Source: Octopus sinensis
Lineage: Eukaryota
Reading direction: 5' to 3'
Length of the DNA stretch: 64,000 bases
Assembly: GCF_006345805.1 (NCBI RefSeq)
Contig: NC_042997.1
Span: forward strand, 73,346,001 to 73,410,000
Of the stretch, positions 1 through 11,974 are shown one piece after another (the first letter of the stretch is position 1; the number at the start of each line of letters is the position of its first letter). The notes below the pieces were generated by a model. It was not told the DNA's origin. It did no database searches and was given only the letters and a program-made list of their open reading frames with translations. Made by a program: the position numbers and the translations under genes.

Positions 1-1421
1 GCCGTTTTCGATCAAGCGGTCTGTTCGTGAAGGATGTCCCCTGTCTCCGATTCTGTATGTTCTGGCACTGGAGCCATTGCTGTGGTGGCTGGAGACGTTA
101 GGCGGGCAACCATATTGAGATTGGATACGGTAAGTTCACTTCTGCTTATGCGGATGACGTCACACTCATCGTGTCTAAAGAAGCACAACTACCTCATGTA
201 AAAGATGCTCTCCGAAGATACGAAGCGATGGCAGGAGCAAAGGTTAACAAAAACAAGTCCATTGGTTTGCGCCTTGGCACCTGGAGAAACAAGCCGATAT
301 CATCCAGTGTCGTCGGACACTGGACAGATGATCCTGTTAAGTTGCTTGGAGTTAGGTTTGGTTCAGACTCCCAAACAGAGAAGAATTGGAGCGAGGTACT
401 GGATAAGGTGGAGGCCACAGTACGGAAGGTCCGGAAGGTCTCTGTCCTTGAAGGGTAGAGCGGAGGTGGTGCAGGTGTTTATAGCATATGTAATCACCTG
501 CCGCCTGTCCGTTGTGCCTTGCTCCAATTTTTGGCTAAACAAGCTGGTACGACTCCTCTTCCGCATTTTGTGGAGACGGGGAAAGCCACTTGTGAGGCGC
601 TCCGTATGCTGCCAAGAACCACTAAAGGGTGCTTGGGGATGCCCTGGCTAATGATGCGCAGACATGCGTTGAGGCTGAGACATCTCTGGTGTGGAGTCCG
701 TTGGCGGAGGAGTTCTTGCCACGACCGACTTCTCTGGAGAGATTTAAACCCGATTTCATTAAAAGACGTAAGCTGACTTTATGGCAGAAGGCTGATCCAC
801 AAGACGGGCAAAGCCGGCTGCGGGAATACCGTTCAGCATGCTTTTGTAACATGTCGGGAGCTATCTAGCTTGATAAGTTACGTAGAACGTGTTATCGCAC
901 CTGGGACGAGTACAGCTGTCGGGTGGATCTATAATAAAGATGATACCGCCACCTGGACTCACAAAGGAAGGTAAGGCTTGTTTTTACTCTACGGTTGCAG
1001 TACTAAAAGAGTGTGTATGGAGGACCAGAATGGAAGGTTTTGTGATAGGTTCCTTCATCTCCGGCCCCGGTTTGCTATATTACTTCAGATGCCATCTGAA
1101 GAGCAACATGGAGTTGGAAAGGAAGACCCTGCCACCGAGTGATTACGAAAAACGAGGGAAGGATGTGGGGCCTTATAGGCTGCCGGGTTCAAATTTTTAA
1201 CCTGCATTTTCCCTTTTTCTTTTTAGCTTATGTTATGTTCTCTAGTTTTATTTTTAAAAACAAAAAAGTTCTCGTTGTAAAGGCAAAAGTAAGCCAAGGT
1301 TTCGTTTATGTCATATTACAATTAAATTTTTAAAAGTCTCATTCGAACACATGTAACATTTTTGTATTTGTCTTGTTATGTCCTTTTCTATGTTAGATCT
1401 CATGATCATAATAAAGATTTT
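1..1421 (+). mobile_element. Tx1-clade non-LTR retrotransposon, 3' part (RT C-terminus, decayed ORF2, 3' UTR); copy T1
   Basis: Translates PFSIKRSVREGCPLSP, YADD at 147-158, GLRLGTWRNKP and GMPWLMMRRHALRLRHLW with frameshifts. Roughly 85% identical by eye to 16800-18630. AATAAA at 1410-1415. Confidence 0.92.
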
Positions 1422-1600
1422 ATCGAAGACCAGTGATTGTCGTGCGCTGACGATGACAGGTAAATACTCAGAAACCCAGGTCCGTGCGTATCGCGTCAGG
1501 TCGACGATGGGAAGGATGGTTTCGCTTTGCAAATACTGATAGGGCACAGAAAGTGTGTCAATAGCCAGCTGGAGAAGATGTTCTCCTGGGGCTACAAGCT
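1422..1600 (-). pseudogene. Fragment of an unidentified coding sequence flanking T1 (probable insertion target)
   Basis: Stop-free minus frame LVAPGEHLLQLAIDTLSVPYQYLQSETILPIVDLTRYARTWVSEYLPVIVSARQSLVFD. Homologous, with conservative substitutions, to 20239-20415. Confidence 0.55.
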
Positions 1601-1820
1601 ACATTTAGCAGGCAAATATACTTCACAAACACACACACACACAGAGGGAGGGAGAGAGAGAAAAAGTAGGAAGATAAATTTTTTTCAACACATAAATACT
1701 GAACAGTATATATAATAGATAAAATCCTTTTAAGGGCAGAAAAATATTTCTACTTCTTATACGATATGTTTCAACACTTCAAAAGCAATTATGTTTATTT
1801 ACATATGACGTAATATGTAC

Positions 1821-1897
1821 GTATGTATGTATGTGGGTGTGTATGTATGTATGCAATGTATGTATGTATGTATGTATGTATGTATGTATGTATGTAT
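1821..1897. repeat. (TATG)n microsatellite
   Basis: Direct reading. Confidence 0.95.
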
Positions 1898-2081
1898 AGA
1901 TAATTATAAAACGGAGAAAAAAGACAAGAAACAAACAACAACACGAGGACTGGCACATGTAAAGTATTAATAATGCGTTCAGAGAAACAAAAGAGTGGTT
2001 GCTTTACGTTTCGGAAACAGGAAGCATAGGGAAGTCCAAAGGAAAAGGAAGAAGGAGGAAAAACACTGCCAACAGTCGACG

Positions 2082-2083
<2 letters not shown>

Positions 2084-2173
<90 letters not shown>

Positions 2174-2184
2174 TATATAGATAT

Positions 2185-2259
<75 letters not shown>

Positions 2260-2264
2260 GATAA
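2084..2264. repeat. Compound (TA)n/(GATA)n microsatellite
   Basis: Direct reading. Confidence 0.95.
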
Positions 2265-2274
2265 TATAGGAATA

Positions 2275-3330
2275 CTTCACTTTACGGAAGTAACGGGTTT
2301 CCAAAAATCTGGCTGTAACTGGAACTACCGTTATGCGAAATTAATTCTTTTTTATTGATTTTCCTGTTATCAAAAGAGATAGCGTCCCTACGAATTTTTT
2401 CGAAAAAATTACTTGAAAACTCAGAAAAAGGAACACGATATCTAAACATGCACAGTAAGATACAGATACATAAAAACAATAACATTTCAAGAAAAATATG
2501 TTAGGGGGATGTGGGACAATTTTTATTATTTTATAGTCCATTATCACCAACATCAGCTTGAGAGCTGAATGACTTATCCAAAGTTGTTTGTTGTTTATGG
2601 CGCATCATCTCTTTGTGTAGCTCAGAGTAGAAACAGAGCTCATTGTAAATGCTTCTCGTAATTTTTATATTATGTCCGCTATTGGGATCATTATCAGAAA
2701 ACACCTGCAGTCCTTCCTCTATAAGTGCCAACTTTTGTAATCAATTTATGTGGTTTAGATGGAATTCCCTTTGTCTCATCTGTAATTTCAGCTTGTTCTT
2801 TTTATGATAATATCAGCTCCTCGTTATATAAACTTTCTCTCTGGAAATTAGCAACTCAGTTACATCATCCTCTTTGACTTCTTCAAATTCACTTCTGAAA
2901 AGACTCACAGTCATACATGTTTTCTGATTTGAACGCCAAATCAGAGGTAGATTAAACTTTGTGTAACGATTGAAAGACTTTGAATTTTCGGAGTGATACA
3001 TGAGAAGGGGCTTTAATTTCATATCACCAGCGACATTTCCTCCAAAAAAAGTGTCAGATGATTTTTGGAAGCTTTAAATCCTTGTGAAGATTTTTCTTTC
3101 GGAAAAATGCAGTTTCATCAATATTGCATACTGTGTCTGGTGTGTGGTCTCATCAGAAATAATTTTCTCCAACTACTCGGGATAATTAGTAGCAGCCTCT
3201 GTGGCGTTTGGTCAGAGGTTAAGGACAGATGAGAATTCTGTAATACAATAATTGTATTCTACCAGTCCCAAGTTGAATTCCAAGTGTTGGTAAATTTAAC
3301 GAAGCAAATGCCATTTATCTCCCCCTTGAT
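2275..3330 (-). mobile_element. Decayed Tigger/pogo DNA transposon (transposase remnant)
   Basis: Minus-strand peptides NIDETAFF, QGFKASKNHLTLFFGGNVAGDMKLKPLLMYHSEN and LPLIWRSNQK match pogo/Tigger DDE motifs. Many stops and frameshifts. Confidence 0.8.
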
Positions 3331-4362
3331 CTCTGACGTCATCCAAGATGACGCCAACCAAGATGGTGTGAATCAGCTAGAAATAGCAACCCTAATACTT
3401 TTAAATCAGATCCCAATGCTGGATGTTTAAGAATCAAATGAAGAGCAGATTTTCAATCCTTTGATCAACCTGATTCCAAAAAGGTCTAATATGTCTATGT
3501 AGAGCAAATGTAGATTGAGATACAGGCCTCCTAGACGGGCCGTCAGAATTTCGCTTTTACTATGATGGTAGGCAAAAGTTGCAGAGTGACTAAAAGACCG
3601 AGTGTTTCTTGCGCTGGTTTTTATCAACAGATAAGTTGGCACTTATCAAACATCATTATTAAAGCATCAAAGTTAAATTAGTTTCTTGAAAGTCTTAAGT
3701 AATCGACATGCCGAAAAGGCAGTAAAGACTATATAAAAAACAGAATCTCAAACACGGAACATAAATTCTATGCAGGAATGAGCAGACGTTCGTGTACTTA
3801 TGAGTGTATACATGTCTCTGCGTAACTATGTATATTTGCATGCATCTCCACTTTTGTTTATGTAATTGTCCGCATACATTTCTGTTTATTCCCGTACGTT
3901 TTTGTATTCTTGGTATGTTTTAATGTACATTATATATATCCATGTCATTGGCTTCATGCATAAATGCATCTGACTACAAACCGTTACGACAATGTTATTT
4001 GATTAGATGAGCCCAACTTTGCTGAAACATTACTTTTTGATGTCACTGTCCACACTTTTGGATTTTGTGCACACTCTAAATAAAGGACGTCTGTAGCCGT
4101 AAACACAGACGTGGAGATACACTAGCTCGCGCACGTACACAGACGCACACACACATACAACACACATCTACATATATATATAAACAAATCTCTTTCTCTC
4201 TTTCTCTCTCTCTCTATATATATATATACATACATATATATATATATAAGGACACAGGAAATGTGTCAAGGCTGACAGGAAGCGTTGATACTTCCTAGGG
4301 CTAAATAGCGGTGGTGTGATTCCCTGATGGGACTGTCACGTTAAGTTGACAGTATACAACTG

Positions 4363-4438
<76 letters not shown>

Positions 4439-4750
4439 CAAGAACGCAAAACATCCAGACAGACGAAGCAAACAACCAGGGACAGGTCATTCGGAGTTTT
4501 CTATCCTCAGTCGAGTTCCAGATTATTTTTGCAATTTCGGCTGGTTATACTCGAGATTGCTCCAACCTGGCCAGCCCCAAGGAACAACTAAACTAAGAGC
4601 ATTAGATTCCTTGGAAGCAAGCAGCGAATGTATACGAAAACAAAGACGGAAAAAACGGAGAAATGTTACACAAATACAAATGCAATTAACAGGACATAAC
4701 AACAGGTGTCTTTCGACTAAGGACTAATTAAATTAAGCTGGCGTGTGTGG
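4439..4750. repeat. Interspersed non-coding repeat, diverged second copy at ~51390-51600
   Basis: CTAAACTAAGAG...GCGAATGT...AACAAAGAC...ATAACAACAGGT is shared between 4570-4750 and 51415-51590. Confidence 0.6.
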
Positions 4751-4856
4751 ACATAAAATTTGACAGGCACAGGGATGAATATAAATGTTGAACGGATGGT
4801 AGTCGAACCAAGAAAGATAGGTCAGGCAAATCGACTCCAGGACTTATTCTTTGTAA

Positions 4857-5156
4857 GACTAGTATTTATTCTATCGGCCTCTTTTTGCCGAACCGCTAAG
4901 TTACGGGGACATAAACACACCAGCATAGGTTGTCAAGCAATGTTAGGGGGACAAACACAAACACACAAACACATACACACACATACACATACATGTATAT
5001 GACAGGCTTCTTTCAGTTTCCGTCTACCAAATCCACTCACAAGGCGTTGGTCGGCCCGAGGCTATAGTAGAAGACACTTGCCTATGGTGCCACGCAATGG
5101 GAATGAACCTGGAACCATGTGGTTGGTAAGCAATCTACTCACCACACAGCCACTCC
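4857..5156 (-). mobile_element. tRNA-derived SINE with internal CA microsatellite
   Basis: Minus-strand head GGAGTGGCTGTGTGG (A box) ... GGTTCATTCCC (B-box-like). The body is shared with 47165-47480. Confidence 0.75.
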
Positions 5157-5984
5157 ATATACTTGGAAATGGATGCGTGGCGTTCAATTAATTAATAATA
5201 TAAATAATATATATATATATGCATATATACACATATACATATCTGTGGATATATGTATATGTCGGCTTATATTAGAGAAGATATAGAATTAGTGACGATT
5301 AAATATTTTGTTTACGTTATTATGTTGCGCCTAACCAATTATATTATATTATGTTATATATGATATCATATTATATCATATATATATATGTACATACATT
5401 TACAGACAATACAAATAAAATAGGTACAATCCTATACAAAAGTTTATCAAAGAATGAGATTTATGCCGATGAAGATTCAAAGCTACACTTTACATTTGCC
5501 TAAAAGCGTAGATGTTAATAATAGGTTATCTTTAACATTGTACAAAGAGATACTGTTACTTCATTTACTTTTCTTTCGTTGACTACATACACAAGTTCCC
5601 GACCACTCTTTTCCTCCCTCAGATGTACACATACATCTACACACACACATAGACATAACTACAGCTAAGTAGTGCACTAAGCACCCTCGAATTTGACCAT
5701 TTTGTCCCACAAATGTTTTCTACTGCACCGATGTTCTCAATATTCAATACTAGATTGCCAACATGCTTTCTAACATAACTGAAATATAATGACTTGAAAA
5801 TATGTTCAGCTCTTACATTTGGGCGATTTAACGAAATTAAGGCCCATAAAGTTTTCCTCTACTGTACCAAATTTTATACCTTTTGAATTCCCCTGATTTA
5901 GATCTTTGAAAATTTATCTATGTAGATACTCGATAAAATACCTTTTATTGCATATTAACACACATATACGTGAGCGCACACATG

Positions 5985-6004
5985 CATATATATATGTGTG
6001 GTTA

Positions 6005-6060
<56 letters not shown>

Positions 6061-6061
6061 A

Positions 6062-6092
<31 letters not shown>

Positions 6093-6149
6093 CATATATA
6101 TATACATATATATATAGACACACACACACACACACGCACACACACACAC

Positions 6150-6182
<33 letters not shown>

Positions 6183-6191
6183 GACACACAC

Positions 6192-6238
<47 letters not shown>
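5985..6238. repeat. Compound (TA)n/(CA)n microsatellite
   Basis: Direct reading. Confidence 0.95.
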
Positions 6239-6288
6239 AGCGAACTTTAGATTAGTTAAATATGTTAGTGATATATTTCAATTCTTAA

Positions 6289-6639
6289 AAGGCAAATTCA
6301 CTGCAGTTACCGTAGAGAAAATATTTCTCTTATGGTAAAAAGGTGTGAAAACACCCTATTAGTTCAGTGTCACCATCTATTGGGAATCCTAGACATCGAT
6401 GTTTGATGCTACTTGGCTTTTATCAATGAGATGTACCTAAGAACTGGTACTCTGAACAAATCTTATAAAGCAATAGCTTTAAGTAAAATACAGTCAACAA
6501 CGTTGACTTATTTGCGCTGGTAGATCGCGCGATGTCTGAGATTTCTGATAGCTGGCGTCACTGAACAAACTGGGCATCATCACACCATTTTACTATAAGA
6601 AAAGTATTTTCTTTACGGTAACTGCCATGAATTTGCCTT
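6289..6639. mobile_element. MITE with ~90 bp imperfect TIRs and TTAA-type target (Kolobok/piggyBac-like)
   Basis: AAGGCAAATTCA..GCAGTTACCGTA at the left end and its reverse complement at the right end. Flanked by TTAA (6285-6288) and TTAG (6640-6643). Confidence 0.75.
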
Positions 6640-7299
6640 TTAGCAGTTGAAATATGTCACAAACATGTTTGAGCTAACCTAAATTTTGCATGTACCTAAA
6701 CACTGCGCGGTGCTAACGTTTCATTATATATATAATATGCATGTGTGTGTGGGGGTGCATGTGTTTGGAGGTTTTTGAAATATTTAGAAGGAAAAGAGCA
6801 GGCTATTCTGGAATGATACAGTTCCGAAGTGGGATAATTTGAGGTAGCTTACTGCTAAACCAAACTACAGATGATGTTTGATATATAATGAAAAATATCT
6901 GACATAGCGGGTCCGGTAGAAGATACACGATAATTATGTCTAAAGTCATTTAGAAAGCAGTAGGAAACTTGTGTATAATATAATTAGGCAAAAATGTTTG
7001 CTAGTATTTTTAATTTCTATGAATGAGTATGTATTCGCTTATGACAATCTAAATGCATCAGTGGAATTGATTAGCATGAAGTGCAAGTGCTTATCTTTAC
7101 TAGTAGCTATGAAATGATGTGGTTATCTTTATAAAAACAAATATCATCTACTTACCCCATGTGAACCATCGGAGCTTCTGGTCCTACTGGCATTCCAGAG
7201 CCAATAGCACAAAGACAAGACACGAATTTTACCAGCAGAGTCCCCATACTGAACACATCTGGTATGTAAGTCCCATTTAAATAAGCACTCACTTGAGGC

Positions 7300-8000
7300 A
7301 TTCCCGAACCTCCAGCAGACGGTTTCAAAAACTAAAATAAATATAAAAATTCACAATAGCCTTTCTCCTGCCCGTATACTTTAAGGTGGTATTATATAGA
7401 TGTAGATTATTTAGAAAATATTTGTGGAACAAGTTTCATACATTTGCAAAAAAGAAGAAAGGAAAATCAAAATTTTACAAACTTTACTCTTCCAGCTTTC
7501 CAGTGAGAGTCGTGCAACAACAGCCCTTCTCCGAGTATAATCTTAAGTCCTATCATGAGCCTGCTGCTTCCAGGCCCAAACATATTTTCCAATACCTCCG
7601 CCATAGTCCTCGAACAGATTTTGACAGATTCACCTCGCTTCCTACACATAATCTTTGGTTTTTACTTGAGAGAAGTTATCAATGGTTTCTTCATGGACAT
7701 GTGTGGCACACAGACAGTCATTTTCAGCTATCTCACGGTGACAGTCACCCCTAGGTTACTCAATTTGGATTTTTCTATGCTTCTTTTAATCGTGATGTGC
7801 TCATGCCATGATATTCTTACTTTGATACTAGGACATTTTTATAGATTGTACTAGTCTTTTTTTTTTACATATCTCGCGGATATACATCACCGTTGGTAAA
7901 TACATGTAGAATCTGGTGCTGATGAAGTATATGGACCATATAATGTTTAGGCACAAGAAGATAGCTGCAGGTTTCTCGAGTGTCTTCTCTACATCGCTTT
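7300..8000 (-). mobile_element. Highly decayed RTE-clade LINE 3' fragment
   Basis: Minus peptides TLWSIYFISTRFYMYLPTVMYIREIC and KVRISWHEHIT resemble the RTE C-terminal region. Confidence 0.45.
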
Positions 8001-9894
8001 CCGAGTTCCAATATTTAGTAGATTGAGTGCATATACACTACATAACATATAAAAATGAGGTACTTAAGTTTTCAACAAGCAAGATACAAATATGACAACA
8101 AGTGTATGAGTTTGCGCGATATCGAATCCATTTGGCCAAAATAAAGTATCTGGCTAAGGGTAAAACGATTCACAGCACAGAATTATATCTTTGGAAGTTT
8201 CAGGAGAGCATAAGTATGACTCACCCTACAGTAACACGTTATATTACGTGTCTATACCAGCGACTCTATTCAGAATAGTTCAACAAATGATCACATAGAC
8301 ACTGTAAACAACTCGTGGAAATGTTTGAAGAATGTGTGCAATATGCTACAAACTAGAGTTATGAATTATGCTGACAGTCTACTGCAGGCAATGTCAATCA
8401 TCATAGTAAGCGATGTGTCAGATATAATTAATGACAATGAAGTGGGAAACACAAGAAAAAAGAATGAAAAAAGAAAAAAAAACGCATGCCCAACACAATA
8501 CAATTGTAGCAGGAGGGGTGAACACCCAGGAATCTGTACAAAGATGCCGATGGAAAGGACTCCCAACTAGCGGAGCTTCGACACATTTTGAAAGACAAAC
8601 TCAGAACACTTCGCAGGGCAGAGTGGCACACAAAACGAAAAAACACAAGGATTAGGAAGTAGAGATTTTCAGTTTCCAAACCGTTAAGATTTTCGAAGAA
8701 GCTGTTTGACGAACAGTAAAGTAGGTATCTCAAGAGTTGAGTGGATATAATAAATGTCTTCACCACTCCTGAATACGAAAGAGCTGGAGTTTCTCAAAAC
8801 GAAATCCTTATGAGAACAGGCCCTATGGGGCTTGGCCTGAATAAATCAAGCCGAAATTTCAGTATGTTACTAACGTTGTAAAGTCATACTCTGCTCACGG
8901 ACCCTGCAGAATACAGTGCTGCGTTATCCGAGGTTCATGCTGTAACTGTAGAAGTATCTAAAAGAGATCTGACGCAGAGAGAAAGAGAGAGAGAGGCAGA
9001 TAAAGAAAGAGAGAGGGAGTGTCGCTAGCTAATGGAGAATTTTAGTAGTGTTTAGATCCAAGATCCACAAGGGCAATTCTAAAAAGATCGAACAGTTTTG
9101 AACCATTCCTCTACTTAACAGAGAAGAAAAAATGTTTCAGTTATCTTGTTCGACGGTTGGAAAGATTTTTTTTCCTAAATAATGGCTACGTTGATACATA
9201 AGTACAGAAATGCATGATCTCTGACACCTGGCTACTTAGAAAAGGCAGTTCTCATGTATGCATCTCTTAACAGAAGCAAAGAAAGATCACGAAGTTCTGG
9301 TGATTTTGCGGTTATCACTCACAAATGCCTATGAGTTGAGGCTGCATCATCTCAGTATATAAGTTACTATAACTGGTTGCACCATCTCAGATATCATTAT
9401 TGCATTAACCATGAAGATAGTGGTCAAAGTAGCAGTGGTGGATTGTCATGGATTCAAGACAAAGATTGGCGCGCAGAAGTCATTAATAAGAGCTACTATC
9501 ATAGAAAACTTTAACTGCAGCCTGTAGGACAAAGATGACATCTGCAAAAATCACAGTGGCTTTAAGGCCTCGATCATCAAGCTGGCAAATCTTGGTTGTC
9601 CGATCAATCTGATGGTGTACTGATAAAGTCTGAGTTTACCAGCATGCCATCCTGCTAAGGATATCTTGACTATTCGTACTATACGATATCAGTATATCAG
9701 CTGTATAGCCCAGACAAACAAGATCGATGGTTCTATGAAATGTTAGTTTTGTATATTAAGAAACCTACTCAAAGCCTAAACAATGGCACCCTTATTTCGA
9801 TTATATCGGATTGATTGTATATGTACATCCAGAGAGACAGACAGACAGCCAATCAACCAACCAACCATACATACATACAAATATACAGAGGCAG

Positions 9895-9900
9895 GGAGAG

Positions 9901-9948
<48 letters not shown>
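9895..9948. repeat. (GA)n microsatellite
   Basis: Direct reading. Confidence 0.95.
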
Positions 9949-9950
<2 letters not shown>

Positions 9951-10404
9951 TGAATTAAAGCTATAGAGGACCAAAAATCCTAAGAGAACTTAATACCCGG
10001 CATGCAGTTAGCTGTAGAGACAATATGTACATTTTACAGATTTACTCTTAATGCAAAAATGTCTACTTTCTATAATTACAATTACTTTTCGGGAAATAGA
10101 AATTCTGAATCCTTAAATACTTCCGGAAATTTCTTTGTGATTCAAAGTTTCATAAAAATCTGAATTGTGATCATTAACATTATTTCTTTACTGAATAGGA
10201 CATCAAAAATTATTGAGTGAGTAGTCACACGGCGTCATTATATATAATTTGAAAACGTATATAATGCGGCTTCGTAACCGTATATCAAAATTTAAATGTA
10301 AATACGCACTTACAAATAAATGGAAATTATCTAATTAATGAGGTAGCATGTGATTAACAAAGCCACTAGTGAATCTTCTATATATTTTAACAGCCGCGAT
10401 GCAG

Positions 10405-10612
10405 TAGTATTATAGTTAGTTGCTATAAATGTAAAGGTGATGTCTTAGATAGAAACAATTACAGAGGTATCAAACTGCTGGGCCAGGTCATGAAAATTAC
10501 AAAGAGAGTTATAGCTCAATTGATTAGGAATAGAATTAAACTAGATGAGATGCAGTTTCGCTTTATTCTTAGGAGATGTACCACAGATGCCATCTTCTTA
10601 GTCTTGCAACTT
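10405..10612 (+). mobile_element. RTE-clade RT fragment, paralogous to 12825-13020
   Basis: Encodes NYRGIKLLGQVMKI and KLDEMQF. Near-identical to the segment at 12825-13020. Confidence 0.75.
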
Positions 10613-10619
10613 ACTTGGT

Positions 10620-10910
10620 AATCCTGCCGGTGCTGGTGCCACTTAGAAAACATCCAGTCCACACTGTGAAGTGTTTGGCATTATGGAAGGTCATCCTGCT
10701 GTAAAAGACATACCAGAACTGACCTGTCCTGTGCTGGTGCCACGTAAAAAGCACTCATTCCACTCTATAGGATGTTTGGTGTTAGGAAGGGTATCCAGCA
10801 ATAAAAAAACCATGCCAAAACAGACACTTTTTCCTGGGATAGCCTTGTATCTGGTCGACTCTTGTCGAACCGTCCAACCCATGCCTCTATGGAAGACGAA
10901 CGTTAAATTT
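10620..10910 (+). mobile_element. RTE/SINE 3'-tail-type repeat with internal duplication
   Basis: GTGCTGGTGCCAC occurs twice (~10629 and ~10731), followed by TTAGGAAGGGTATCCAGC...CCATGCC...GAACGTTAAA. Confidence 0.55.
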
Positions 10911-11621
10911 TATTGTCAAATTTTGATTAATCACATTGACCATCTGCAGTTCGTTCTTTGGATCACATTCTTCTAATGTGTTAATGATAAAGGGATTTTT
11001 ATGTATGAGTGTATGCGCGCACATATACAAGAGTATGTTTGCATGTGCATAAATATTACACGCGTGCGCGCGCACACACACATTTACACGTGCATGGTCA
11101 TGTGTGTTTGTATTTTTGAAGAGATATTATAGTAGCTGTATTTGAAATCTTGCTACTTTCATTTATAGGCTAGCGAAAAATTGACATTGATAGAAACTGA
11201 ATTCAGTGCTCCATTTTGTATGTTTCTAAAATCAATCAATACGGTAGTCATGTAAATTTAGAAACAGCGTCTACTCACCACGACGGATGCCGAACTAATA
11301 AATACAAAAATCACTGCATAGCCAACGCTCCACAGCCACGCTAAGTCATATTCTTCTTTCTGTTATAAAAAGAGAACAAATTCCATATAGCATTTTTTTT
11401 TTCCTTTTAAGAATTAAATAAAGCATAATATTTTAGCTGGTGCGGGAATGAAAAATTGCATCACTTGTCACCTGAAATTTTCTATGGCTTGCAAAACCTT
11501 CACGCAAATATATTCAGAAAATTATGCTGAGGATTATGCTATGTAGCAAATAATCACATATACCTAGCAATCCCGATATTCTAGCCAGTAATGAAGTATA
11601 GAATATCGCAATATTCTTTTC

Positions 11622-11745
11622 TACTCTAGGCACAATGCCCGAAATTTTGGGTGAGGGGGCCAGTCAATAAGCTCGATCCCAGTACGCAACTTGCACTTAA
11701 TTTATCGACTACGAAAGGATAAAAGGCCAAGTCGACCTCGGCAGA
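11622..11745 (+). mobile_element. SINE-like repeat fragment (family also at 24850-25200 and 43615-43720)
   Basis: Shared core CCCAGTAC..CT..ACTTA.TT.ATCGAC..CGAAAGGAT.AAAGGC.AAGTCGAC.TCGGC. Confidence 0.6.
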
Positions 11746-11974
11746 GAATATCGCAATATTTTAGCTGGTGATAATAATGACGGCGACAACAGCGACGTGG
11801 AGAGATGAAGATGATGATGATGATGGTACTAATGATTACTCAGGTGCCTACATTTGTTTAAATTGCTTTTTAAAAGGATTGTTTCCATCAGACAATTTTG
11901 AATTTGTTATTAATTTTCCCCCACCAGACTGATAAGTGATTAGGTAACTAGCTGGTTAATCAGTCTGGTGGTAA

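Noticed and set aside
4441-4570. Possible hammerhead ribozyme on the minus strand (CTGAGGA...CGAA)
   Set aside because: The core lacks a proper GAAA and I could not build stems II and III. It would need an Infernal search on the family consensus.
5906-6250. Many short ORFs rich in YI/HT/CV/LS (also near 20.8-21.2, 27.8-28.7, 46.4-47.6 kb)
   Set aside because: Translations of microsatellites, not genes.
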